Position numbers and translations under genes: made by a program
The notes under the pieces: model-generated
Told to the model about the DNA's origin: nothing
Databases searched by the model: none
Seen by the model: only the letters and a program-made list of their open reading frames with translations
Assembly: GCA_031459385.1 (NCBI GenBank)
Contig: JAVKIP010000009.1
Coordinates: forward strand, 32,001 to 96,000
Source of the DNA: Candidatus Fervidifonticultor secundus
GTDB lineage: Bacteria > Sysuimicrobiota > Sysuimicrobiia > Sysuimicrobiales > Humicultoraceae
DNA length: 64,000 bases
Direction: 5' to 3'
Part shown: one piece after another, positions 1 to 7,437 of the stretch
Layout of the letters: each line of letters starts with the position of its first letter
Position numbering within the stretch: position 1 is the stretch's first letter

Positions 1-653
1 CGCTCCTGGACGTAGACGTTGGCCGCCGTGGTGCTCATCCGCGGGTGCTCGCGGATCTCCGGCGCCACCTCGGCGCCGAGCGAGACCCGGATCTCCGGCG
101 CGACCTCGGCGAAGATCTCGGCCGTGCGGCGCTCGTGCCGGGGGTGCCGGAAGCCGTGCAGGTAGCAGATGGCGACGGCGCGCACGCCCTTCGCCCGCAG
201 TTCGGCGGCCAGCCGACGCACGTAGGCCTCGTCCAGAGGCTGCAGCACCGTCCCGTCGGCCGCCACGCGCTCGGGGACGTCGAAGCGCAGGTACCGCGGG
301 ACCAGCGGGCGGGGCGCCTCCAGATCGAGATCGTAGAGGTCGAAGCGGTGCTCGCGGCCGATCTCCACGGCGTCGCGGAATCCCGCGGTGGTCAGCAGGG
401 CGGTCAGGGGCCCCTTGCGCTCGATGAGGGCGTTGGTCACCAGGGTCGTGCCGTGCACCAGCACCCCCCGCGCGCCCGGGGCGATCGTCCCGACCGCTAC
501 GAGGGGCCGCAGCTCCGCCTCCACGGCCTCGCTGGGATCATCCGGCGTGCTCAGCGTCTTGCCGATCACCACGCCGCCGTCGGCGCCCAGCAGCAGCAGG
601 TCGGTGAAGGTGCCGCCGATGTCGACGCCGACGCGGTAGGGCGAGGCCGTCAT
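1..653 (-). CDS. Hydantoinase/oxoprolinase family protein (N-terminal part, runs off window)
   Basis: Manual translation from ATG 653: MTASPYRVGVDIGGTFTDL...VHGTTLVTNALIERKG...LLTTAGFRDAVEIGRE, the hydantoinase/oxoprolinase N-terminal signature; not in ORF track because it is truncated. Confidence 0.9.
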   Translation of the reverse strand, partial: MTASPYRVGVDIGGTFTDLLLLGADGGVVIGKTLSTPDDPSEAVEAELRPLVAVGTIAPGARGVLVHGTTLVTNALIERKGPLTALLTTAGFRDAVEIGREHRFDLYDLDLEAPRPLVPRYLRFDVPERVAADGTVLQPLDEAYVRRLAAELRAKGVRAVAICYLHGFRHPRHERRTAEIFAEVAPEIRVSLGAEVAPEIREHPRMSTTAANVYVQE

Positions 654-698
654 GCGGGGCTCCGCCGCGTCATGCGGGGCTCCGGCGCGCACAGGTCG

Positions 699-1580
699 TC
701 ATTCCCGGAACCCCGCCGGCGGCCCGCTCTGGCGCCACAGGTCGAAGACGACCGGCTGGCGGCGGGCCTCGTGGTCCTCGTCGTCGGCGATCGTCTCCAT
801 CTCGCAGAAGAACTCCACGCGCACGCCGTTCGGGTCGCGCACGTAGACAGCGATGTTGTTGCCGGCCGCGTGCCGCACCGGCCCCACCTCCACCGGCCAG
901 CCCTGGGCGGCCAGCCCGTCCATCACCGCCTTGATGCTGCTCCACCCGCCGACATCGTAGGCGTGGTGGTGCAGCAGGGGCCGGTCGTACTTGAGGAACC
1001 CCACGGCGTGGTGCTCGGTCCCGCAGCGCAGGAAGGCCTGCACGCCCGGGACCCAGTCGGAGACGCGGAAGCCGATGGCGCGGAAGAACGCCAGGTCGTC
1101 GTCGGGGGCCGGGCTCATGCGGGTGACGTGCGCGAGGCGCAGCCGCGGCGCCGGCCCCTCGGGGACCAGCACCGGCAGCCGCGCCGTGGCACGGTAGACC
1201 TCGTTCCACATCCCCAGCGGGTCCTGGAACTGGAAGGCGGCGCCCAGCCGGCCGGGCTCGTCGGGCGCCGCGCGCACGGGCACACCCCGCGCCCGCAGCG
1301 CGGCCGCCAGGGCCAGGGTGGCGTCGTCGCTGTCGGTCTCCCAGCCCAGGTGCAGGACGCCGGGCCGGTCGGACGGATGGAGCTCCAGGCAGTGGTGCTC
1401 GAACTGCGCCCGCAGGTAGACGCTGCCCTCGGCCTCCTCCGCCACTGCCAGCCGCACGGCGCGCGTGTAGAACTCCACGGCGCGGGCGAGGTCGGGCACG
1501 CGCAGCGCCAGGTGGCCCAGGCGCACGATGCGCCGGGGCGGCCGCGCGCGGTCGTCGCCGGCGGACGTCGGTGTCGTCAT
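699..1580 (-). CDS. Two-domain VOC protein, type I extradiol (catechol 2,3-) dioxygenase-like
   Basis: RLGHLALRVPDL; RLAHV; HHHAY; GPVRHAAGNNIAVYVRDPNGVRVEFF. Confidence 0.8.
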   Translation of the reverse strand: MTTPTSAGDDRARPPRRIVRLGHLALRVPDLARAVEFYTRAVRLAVAEEAEGSVYLRAQFEHHCLELHPSDRPGVLHLGWETDSDDATLALAAALRARGVPVRAAPDEPGRLGAAFQFQDPLGMWNEVYRATARLPVLVPEGPAPRLRLAHVTRMSPAPDDDLAFFRAIGFRVSDWVPGVQAFLRCGTEHHAVGFLKYDRPLLHHHAYDVGGWSSIKAVMDGLAAQGWPVEVGPVRHAAGNNIAVYVRDPNGVRVEFFCEMETIADDEDHEARRQPVVFDLWRQSGPPAGFRE

Positions 1581-1658
1581 CCCCGTGGCGTCGTCATCGT
1601 CGTGACCGTGGCCCGGCGTCGTGATCCCCGTGGCGTCGTCATCGTCCCGGACGGCCCG

Positions 1659-2675
1659 TCAGGCGGGATGTCGGCCCACGAAGAACCGGTCGTCGGGGTC
1701 CGGCGTCACCTCCAGCCCCGACTGCACTGCCCCCTCGCGCAGCAGCCGCATCTGCCCCGCGTTGAGCCGCATGTGCGGCATGCGGATCGGCCCGCCATTG
1801 AACCCGTTCAGCCAGTCCATGTACTTCCAGGCCAGCCGGTGCACCAGGGACGCGCCCCCCAGGGTGGCGCGCAGCGCCTGGTAGGCCTCCCGGCACGGCT
1901 GCAGCTGCCAGTACAGCGCCATCGCGTCCTCCCAGCGGCCGTCGTGCATGAGCCGGAACAGCTTCGGGATCCGGTCGCCGAAGTAGTTGTAGTAGCTGGT
2001 GCCCAGCCACTGCATCCCGTACGCGTCCACCCACGCCGGTGCGTTGTGCTCGAAGGGGTCGGTGACGACCAGCAGGTGACCCAGGCGCTTCTGGACTTCC
2101 ACCATGCCGCCCGTCCCCGGATGGCCGCACTCGTACTTGAGGGCTACCACAGTGTCGAGCTGCGCCATGCGCACCAGCGCCTCGGGGGGGAACGCCGAGG
2201 GATGCAGGCGGCGGAAGCCCCAGAACCCGATGGCGAACAGGATGATGGCCAGGTCGGTGCTGCGGCTCACCGCCTCGGTGTACGCCACGAGCTCGTCGAC
2301 GGTCCGGGGGTAGAACGTGAGCGGGTACGACAGCAGCACCGCCGTGCAGCCGTGCGCCTCGGCGAACCGGCACATCTCGATCACGTCGTCGACGGTGTCG
2401 AACGACCCGTGCAGGACCAGGTGATACCCCGTCGGGACCTCGGCAGCCGCCAGCTCGATGAACTGCCGCATCTCGTCCCGCGTGGCGCCACACTCTGAGG
2501 CGAGCAGCGAACCCCAGAAACCGCACTGCACCGACCGCCGGAGGTCGTGGCGGATCGCCGCAGGGTTGAGCCGGCGCAGGTCGCCGGTGAACGTCGGCAT
2601 GACGACGTTGCACACCCCGCGCATCTGCGCCCGGGCCCACGCCTTGGCCTCGTGGCGGCGGTACGGCAGTCCCAC
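1659..2675 (-). CDS. DapA/dihydrodipicolinate synthase-like class I aldolase
   Basis: C-terminal part of ORF 1659..3128; VVMPTF..DLRRLN, Schiff-base Lys in VVALKYE; GTG start inferred at 2675. Confidence 0.8.
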   Translation of the reverse strand: MGLPYRRHEAKAWARAQMRGVCNVVMPTFTGDLRRLNPAAIRHDLRRSVQCGFWGSLLASECGATRDEMRQFIELAAAEVPTGYHLVLHGSFDTVDDVIEMCRFAEAHGCTAVLLSYPLTFYPRTVDELVAYTEAVSRSTDLAIILFAIGFWGFRRLHPSAFPPEALVRMAQLDTVVALKYECGHPGTGGMVEVQKRLGHLLVVTDPFEHNAPAWVDAYGMQWLGTSYYNYFGDRIPKLFRLMHDGRWEDAMALYWQLQPCREAYQALRATLGGASLVHRLAWKYMDWLNGFNGGPIRMPHMRLNAGQMRLLREGAVQSGLEVTPDPDDRFFVGRHPA

Positions 2676-2680
2676 GGGCG

Positions 2681-3391
2681 CTATCGCGCCGCCGCGTCCG
2701 GCGCGCCCGCGCGCGCCGCGGCCAGCGGCCGCGGCGCGCGGTCCAGGCGCCGCGCCAGGAAGCGACGGGTGCGTACGATGTGCTCGCGGACCAGCACCGA
2801 CGCCTCGGCAGCGTCGCCGCGGGCCAGGGCGGCCAGGAGCGCGCGGTGCTCCAGGTTGGCCGAGCGCATCCGGGGCTGCGTGCCGGCCACCGACTGGATG
2901 AAGCGGTCGATGGGCATCCGCACCGCGTCCAGGAGCTTGGGCAGGAGCGGGTTGCCCGCCAGCTCGGCGATCTCCTGGTGGAAGCGCCGGTCGAGGTCTA
3001 GCCACGCCTCGGCGCGCTGTTCGCGTGCCATGGCCTCCACCAGGCCACCCAGCCGGACCGCCGCGGCCTCCGGCCGCTGCGCGGCGCGCCGCGCCGCCAG
3101 CGTCTCCAGCGTCGTCCGCACGACCCACAGGTCGTCGAGATCCTCGGGGCCCAGGGGCGTCACCACCGCGTGCTGGTAGGGCGTGAGCCGGAGGATGCCG
3201 GCCGCCTCCAGCTGCCGGAACGCCTCGCGCACGACAGCGCGGCTCACGCCCAGCTCGCGCGCCAGCGCGAACTGGTTGAGGGCCGCGCCCATGGGCAGGC
3301 GGCCGGCCGCCATGCGCTCCCGCAGGTCGGCGGCCACCATCTCCGCCAGCGTCCGGCGGTCGCGGAGCCGATCGAACGTCACAGGCGACAC
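2681..3391 (-). CDS. GntR family regulator (FCD domain)
   Basis: TLAEMVAADLRERM..L.ELGVSRAVVREAFRQLEAAG; DRRFHQEIAELAGNPLL; EHRALL; GTG start after GGAG. Confidence 0.9.
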   Translation of the reverse strand: MSPVTFDRLRDRRTLAEMVAADLRERMAAGRLPMGAALNQFALARELGVSRAVVREAFRQLEAAGILRLTPYQHAVVTPLGPEDLDDLWVVRTTLETLAARRAAQRPEAAAVRLGGLVEAMAREQRAEAWLDLDRRFHQEIAELAGNPLLPKLLDAVRMPIDRFIQSVAGTQPRMRSANLEHRALLAALARGDAAEASVLVREHIVRTRRFLARRLDRAPRPLAAARAGAPDAAAR

Positions 3392-3417
3392 CGCTCCCTC
3401 TCCCCTCGCGCGCCGCG

Positions 3418-4269
3418 TCAGCGGATCGCTACCAGCGTCACTTCCCGCTCCCAGAAGATCAGGCGGTTGCGCAGCGCGGCCAGGACGCGGTCCATGACGA
3501 AGCCGATGACCGCCACGATCGCCACGCTGGCGAAGACCCGGGCCTGCAGCAGCGACGCCGACGAGTACAGGATCAGCCAGCCCAGCCCCTCGGTGGAGCT
3601 GACCATCTCGGTCAGGATGGTGATGATGAAAGCGATCGGCAGCGCGATCCGGAGCCCCGCGAAGACGTGCGGGGCTGCCGCCGGCGCCATGACCTTCCAG
3701 ATGATCTGCCCGCGGGTGGCGCCCATGTTCTGCGCCGACCAGATGTAGAGGCGGTCGACGCTGCGGACCCCGTAGTACGTGTGCACCGCGATGGGGTAGA
3801 GGCACTCCAGCACGATGAGCACCACCTTGGAGAGATGCCCGATGCCGAAGAGGAAGATGAAGATCGGGTAGAGGGCGATGCGCGGCACCGGGTACCCGAA
3901 GGAGAACAGCGGCTCGACGGCCCGGCCGAACCGGGGCAGGCGGCTCATGGCGATGCCGAGCGGCACGCCCAGCACGACCGCCACTCCGAACCCGGCCACG
4001 ACCCGCGTCAGGGAGGCACCCGCGTGCAGCCCCAGCTGGGGACTCTGCGCCAGCAGCACCGCCTGCTCGGCGATGGCCCCGACGGTGGGGAAGAGCCGCG
4101 GGTTCACCAGGCCCGAGCGCGCCACCAGGTCCCACAGCACCAGGACGGTCGCCACCGGAACGACCCCCGCGAGCCCCCGCAGCACGGCGCCCAGGCCCCG
4201 CCGCGCGGGGCCGTCTGCGGGCGCGGCCAGCCCCCCCGACACCGCGATCACGGCTGGCTCCTTACGCAT
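3418..4269 (-). CDS. ABC transporter permease (NitT/TauT family)
   Basis: Hydrophobic; YPVPRIALYP, AQNMGATRGQI EAA-like loop. Confidence 0.9.
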   Translation of the reverse strand: MRKEPAVIAVSGGLAAPADGPARRGLGAVLRGLAGVVPVATVLVLWDLVARSGLVNPRLFPTVGAIAEQAVLLAQSPQLGLHAGASLTRVVAGFGVAVVLGVPLGIAMSRLPRFGRAVEPLFSFGYPVPRIALYPIFIFLFGIGHLSKVVLIVLECLYPIAVHTYYGVRSVDRLYIWSAQNMGATRGQIIWKVMAPAAAPHVFAGLRIALPIAFIITILTEMVSSTEGLGWLILYSSASLLQARVFASVAIVAVIGFVMDRVLAALRNRLIFWEREVTLVAIR

Positions 4270-5026
4270 GGGGCGTCTCCTCGCGCAGCAGGTAGCCGGC
4301 CAGCAACCGGCGCCGCACCCGGAGCAGCAGCCGGTCGGCGCCGAACCCCAGCGCCGCGATGGCCACGATCGCCGCGAACATCAGGTCGGTGCGGCCGCCG
4401 GCGTCGGCGCTGAGAATCAGGAACCCCAGGCCGAGCCGGTTGGACGAGCCCACCAGCTCCGAGGCCAGCACCAGGATGAACGCCAGCGCGAGCGCCACGC
4501 GCAGGCCGCTGAAGATGTGCACCGCGGCGCCGGGCACCAGGACCCGCAGGAAGATCCGTGCCCGGCTCGCTCCCATGTTCTGCGCCGCCCAGACCCACAG
4601 CGGGTCCACCGCGCGGATGCCGTAGAGGGCCGCGATGTAGCAGGGGAAGAAGCACGACAGGGCGATCAGCAGGATCTTGGAGACGTCGCTGATGCCGAAC
4701 CAGACCATGAGCACCGGCAGGAACGCCACCTTCGGCACCGGGTAGGTCAGCGACACCAGGGGCTCGGTGAACCCGGCCACCGGCCGCAGGGCCCCGGCGG
4801 CCAGCCCGAGTGCGATGCCCAGGCCCGCGCCCAGCGTGAGCCCGGCCAGCGACCGGTAGAGGCTCACAGCGCTGTGCACGGCCAGCTCGCCCGTGCGGAC
4901 CAGCGCGACCACCTCGCGGGCGACCGCCGCCGGGCTGGAGAGGTACCCGGGCAGGGTGCCGGCGGCGGCCATCGCCTGCCAGAGCGCCAGCAGGCCGGCC
5001 AGCAGCAGCAGCGCCTCGCGCGTCAC
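4262..5026 (-). CDS. ABC transporter permease (NitT/TauT family)
   Basis: YPVPKVAFLP, AAQNMGASRARI. Confidence 0.9.
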   Translation of the reverse strand: MTREALLLLAGLLALWQAMAAAGTLPGYLSSPAAVAREVVALVRTGELAVHSAVSLYRSLAGLTLGAGLGIALGLAAGALRPVAGFTEPLVSLTYPVPKVAFLPVLMVWFGISDVSKILLIALSCFFPCYIAALYGIRAVDPLWVWAAQNMGASRARIFLRVLVPGAAVHIFSGLRVALALAFILVLASELVGSSNRLGLGFLILSADAGGRTDLMFAAIVAIAALGFGADRLLLRVRRRLLAGYLLREETPHA

Positions 5027-5045
5027 GATGCCCCCGCCCCGGCGG

Positions 5046-5897
5046 TCACGGTGCCTCCCCGGTCTCGTCCCGCAGCTTCAGGACCTCCTCCCGCAGCAGG
5101 TCCCAGACCTGATTGCGGCGCTCGAGGAACGCCTGGCTCTTCTTGATCTCCAGCCGGCGGGGCCGCGGCAGGCGCACGGGCACCTCGACCTTGATGCGGC
5201 CGGGTCGGGCCGAGAAGACCACCACGCGGTCGCCAAGATAGACCGCCTCCTCGACGTCGTGCGTGACGAACAGGACCGTCTTCCCGGTCTCCAGCCAGAT
5301 GCGCTGCAGCTCTTCCTGCATCAGCTCCCGTGTCTGCGCATCGAGGGCGCCGAACGGCTCGTCCATCAACAGCACAGCCGGGTCGAAGGCGAGCACCCGG
5401 GCCAGGGCCACGCGCTGCTTCATGCCGCCCGACAGTTCGGCCGGAAACGCGTCCTTGAACGCCCGCAGGCCCACCAGGGCGAGGTAGCGCTCGGCGATCG
5501 CCAGACGCTCCGCGCGGGGCCGGCCCTGCGCCTCGAGGCCCCACACCACGTTGCCCAGCACCGTCCGCCACGGAAACAGCGCCAGCTCCTGGAACATAAC
5601 ACCGCGGTCGGGGCCCGGACCGGTCACTGCCCGGCCGGCGATCCGCATGGTGCCGCTGCTGGGCGCGACGAAGCCGCCCAACAGGTGGAGGAATGTGCTC
5701 TTCCCGCAGCCGCTGGGACCGACGATGGTCACGAACTCGCCGGAGGCCACCTGGAGCGACAGGTCCTCCAGCGCCGCCACCCGCCGCGGGCCCCGGACGA
5801 AGACCTTGGACAGGCCCCGCACGTCCACCAAGGCGCTGGCGCCCGCGGACGAGGGGACGCGCGACGGCTCGGCAGACACGGCGGCGGCTCCAGCCAC
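5046..5897 (-). CDS. ABC transporter ATP-binding protein (NitT/TauT)
   Basis: GPSGCGKST, LSGGMKQR, LLMDEPFGALD. Confidence 0.93.
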   Translation of the reverse strand: MAGAAAVSAEPSRVPSSAGASALVDVRGLSKVFVRGPRRVAALEDLSLQVASGEFVTIVGPSGCGKSTFLHLLGGFVAPSSGTMRIAGRAVTGPGPDRGVMFQELALFPWRTVLGNVVWGLEAQGRPRAERLAIAERYLALVGLRAFKDAFPAELSGGMKQRVALARVLAFDPAVLLMDEPFGALDAQTRELMQEELQRIWLETGKTVLFVTHDVEEAVYLGDRVVVFSARPGRIKVEVPVRLPRPRRLEIKKSQAFLERRNQVWDLLREEVLKLRDETGEAP

Positions 5898-5911
5898 CTC
5901 CGGGCGCGAGG

Positions 5912-6898
5912 CTAGTACGGCAGCATCGAGTTGTCCACGAGCCTGCGCACGTCCACCGGCTTCTGCTGCCAGCCCAGCTTCAGGTGCAGCTCCTGCATGC
6001 GCCGCAGGAAATCGAAAGAGATGCGCGCCGAGGGGTCACGGTACCAGTCCTGCATGTCGAAGTACACCGCCGGCGGAATGGCGACGAACCGCCGATCCAG
6101 CAGCGCCTGCCGCGCTTCCCGCGGATTGGCCAGGTACCACCGCGTCGCCGCCACGAAGTCGCGCAGGAACGCCCGGACCGCCTCGCGGTTGCGCTCGATG
6201 AACTCGGGGCGGAGAAAGATCACCAGCAGTTCCTCCTCGAAGGGCACGCCGGTCTTGGAGGTGTAGACGACGGTCACACCGCCGCGCACCTGCTCCAGGT
6301 GCGCGAACGGGTTGGGGAAGGCGCCCACGTCGATGCGCCGCGCGCGCAGCGCCTCGCCCATGGCCGGGAACGGCACGACCACGAAGCTCACGTCGCGGTT
6401 GGGATCGAGGCCGGATGCTTCCAGGGCGGCCCGCGACCAGAGTTCGGTGGCGGTCTTGAAGCCCACGATGCCGATGCGCCTGCCCCGCAGGTCGCGCGGG
6501 GTGCGGATGCCCGAGGCCTCCAGGGCCAGGAACGTGGTGTTGTGCCAGTTCCCGCCGGGCACCTCCTTGGAGATGCTCGCGACCAGCTTGAGCGGCACGC
6601 CCTGCTCGGCCGCGAACAGCGCCGTGGGGCCGGGGATCGTGCCGCCGTCGATCTGGCCCGCCTCGTAGGCGCGGAGGCGGTCGTCGCTGGCGCGGAAGGC
6701 GGTGAAGCGCAGCGTGTAGAGCCTGCCCTGGTTCGGGGTGATGTCCGGCCTGGCCGCCATCAGCCAGAACTGCTCTTCGGCGGCGAAGCCGTGTCCCAGG
6801 CGAATCTCCACCGGACCCGCTGGCCCGGCCCGACCCGAGGTCCCCGCAGCCAGGATCCCGCACACTGCCAGCAACGTGCACACCGCAGCCAGCCTCAT
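5912..6898 (-). CDS. ABC transporter substrate-binding protein (SsuA/NMT1-like)
   Basis: Signal peptide MRLAAVCTLLAVCGILAAG; SGIRTPRDLRGRRIGI; ATG 6898 after AAGGGGGGAGG. Confidence 0.85.
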   Translation of the reverse strand: MRLAAVCTLLAVCGILAAGTSGRAGPAGPVEIRLGHGFAAEEQFWLMAARPDITPNQGRLYTLRFTAFRASDDRLRAYEAGQIDGGTIPGPTALFAAEQGVPLKLVASISKEVPGGNWHNTTFLALEASGIRTPRDLRGRRIGIVGFKTATELWSRAALEASGLDPNRDVSFVVVPFPAMGEALRARRIDVGAFPNPFAHLEQVRGGVTVVYTSKTGVPFEEELLVIFLRPEFIERNREAVRAFLRDFVAATRWYLANPREARQALLDRRFVAIPPAVYFDMQDWYRDPSARISFDFLRRMQELHLKLGWQQKPVDVRRLVDNSMLPY

Positions 6899-6976
6899 CG
6901 GCCCTCCCCCCTTCGCCCCTGCGCTGGAACGCGCGGCCATGCTGTCGCCGGAGGCTCTCCGGCCCGGCGGCCGGTT

Positions 6977-6988
6977 ACTGTATACAGT
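6977..6988. promoter_or_regulatory. Palindrome ACTGTATACAGT, putative GntR-family operator
   Basis: Perfect 12-bp AT-rich palindrome about 80 bp upstream of an operon that encodes its own GntR; adjacent ACAGTT direct repeat. Confidence 0.55.
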
Positions 6989-7092
6989 TCGACAGTTTGA
7001 TGGCCGACGGCGCTTTTCCTCCATGAGACGGCAGGACGTCTGACCCCTGCCGTCTGGGGGCATACCCCCGGTGACGACACCTGGAGGACGGG

Positions 7093-7257
7093 ATGACCGC
7101 AACGTACAACCTGCTGCTCATCAGCCTGGCCGGCATGGCCATCGGGTGGATCCTGGCCCTGCGCGCCCTGACCGAACTGGGGCCCTGGGGTCCGCTGGCC
7201 GGCCTGGCCTTTCTCGGGCTGGTCATCGCCGGCCTGATCCGCGCTGCAGAGGTCTAG
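7093..7257 (+). CDS. 54-aa small membrane protein (two predicted TM helices)
   Basis: GGAGG at 7083-7087, ATG 7093, MTATYNLLLISLAGMAIGWILALRALTELGPWGPLAGLAFLGLVIAGLIRAAEV*, GC3-rich codons. Confidence 0.7.
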   Translation: MTATYNLLLISLAGMAIGWILALRALTELGPWGPLAGLAFLGLVIAGLIRAAEV

Positions 7258-7350
7258 CCTGGCGCCGGCTGGCCGCCGGGGCGGTCGGCGTCCCGGGCAC
7301 GCGCCGGGTTCGGGCTGAGCCGATCCCGGACGCGCCTCCTGATCTCTACA

Positions 7351-7378
7351 TTCCAGCCCACGCTTTCCAGCCCACGCT
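7351..7378. repeat. Perfect 14-bp tandem duplication (TTCCAGCCCACGCT)x2
   Basis: Read directly from sequence. Confidence 0.9.
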
Positions 7379-7402
7379 GGCAGGACTGTACCCCACGATC
7401 GC

Positions 7403-7416
7403 CGAACTGCTGTTCG
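7403..7416. promoter_or_regulatory. LexA SOS box, Gram-positive type (CGAAC-N4-GTTCG)
   Basis: CGAACTGCTGTTCG 21 bp upstream of a DNA-repair helicase. Confidence 0.75.
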
Positions 7417-7437
7417 TATGTCTGTCGCGGTGCCACA

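Noticed and set aside
52..112. 36-bp-period repeat in the hydantoinase gene (AEVAPEIR twice)
   Set aside because: In-frame and matches the normal protein sequence pattern; only two copies, not an array.
45..2498. Long antisense and alternate-frame ORFs (for example 45..2498, 15673..18549, 31684..34488, and the first 1230 aa of 42417..48446)
   Set aside because: Shadow ORFs caused by stop-codon scarcity at high GC; they overlap genes with clear family motifs and have none themselves.
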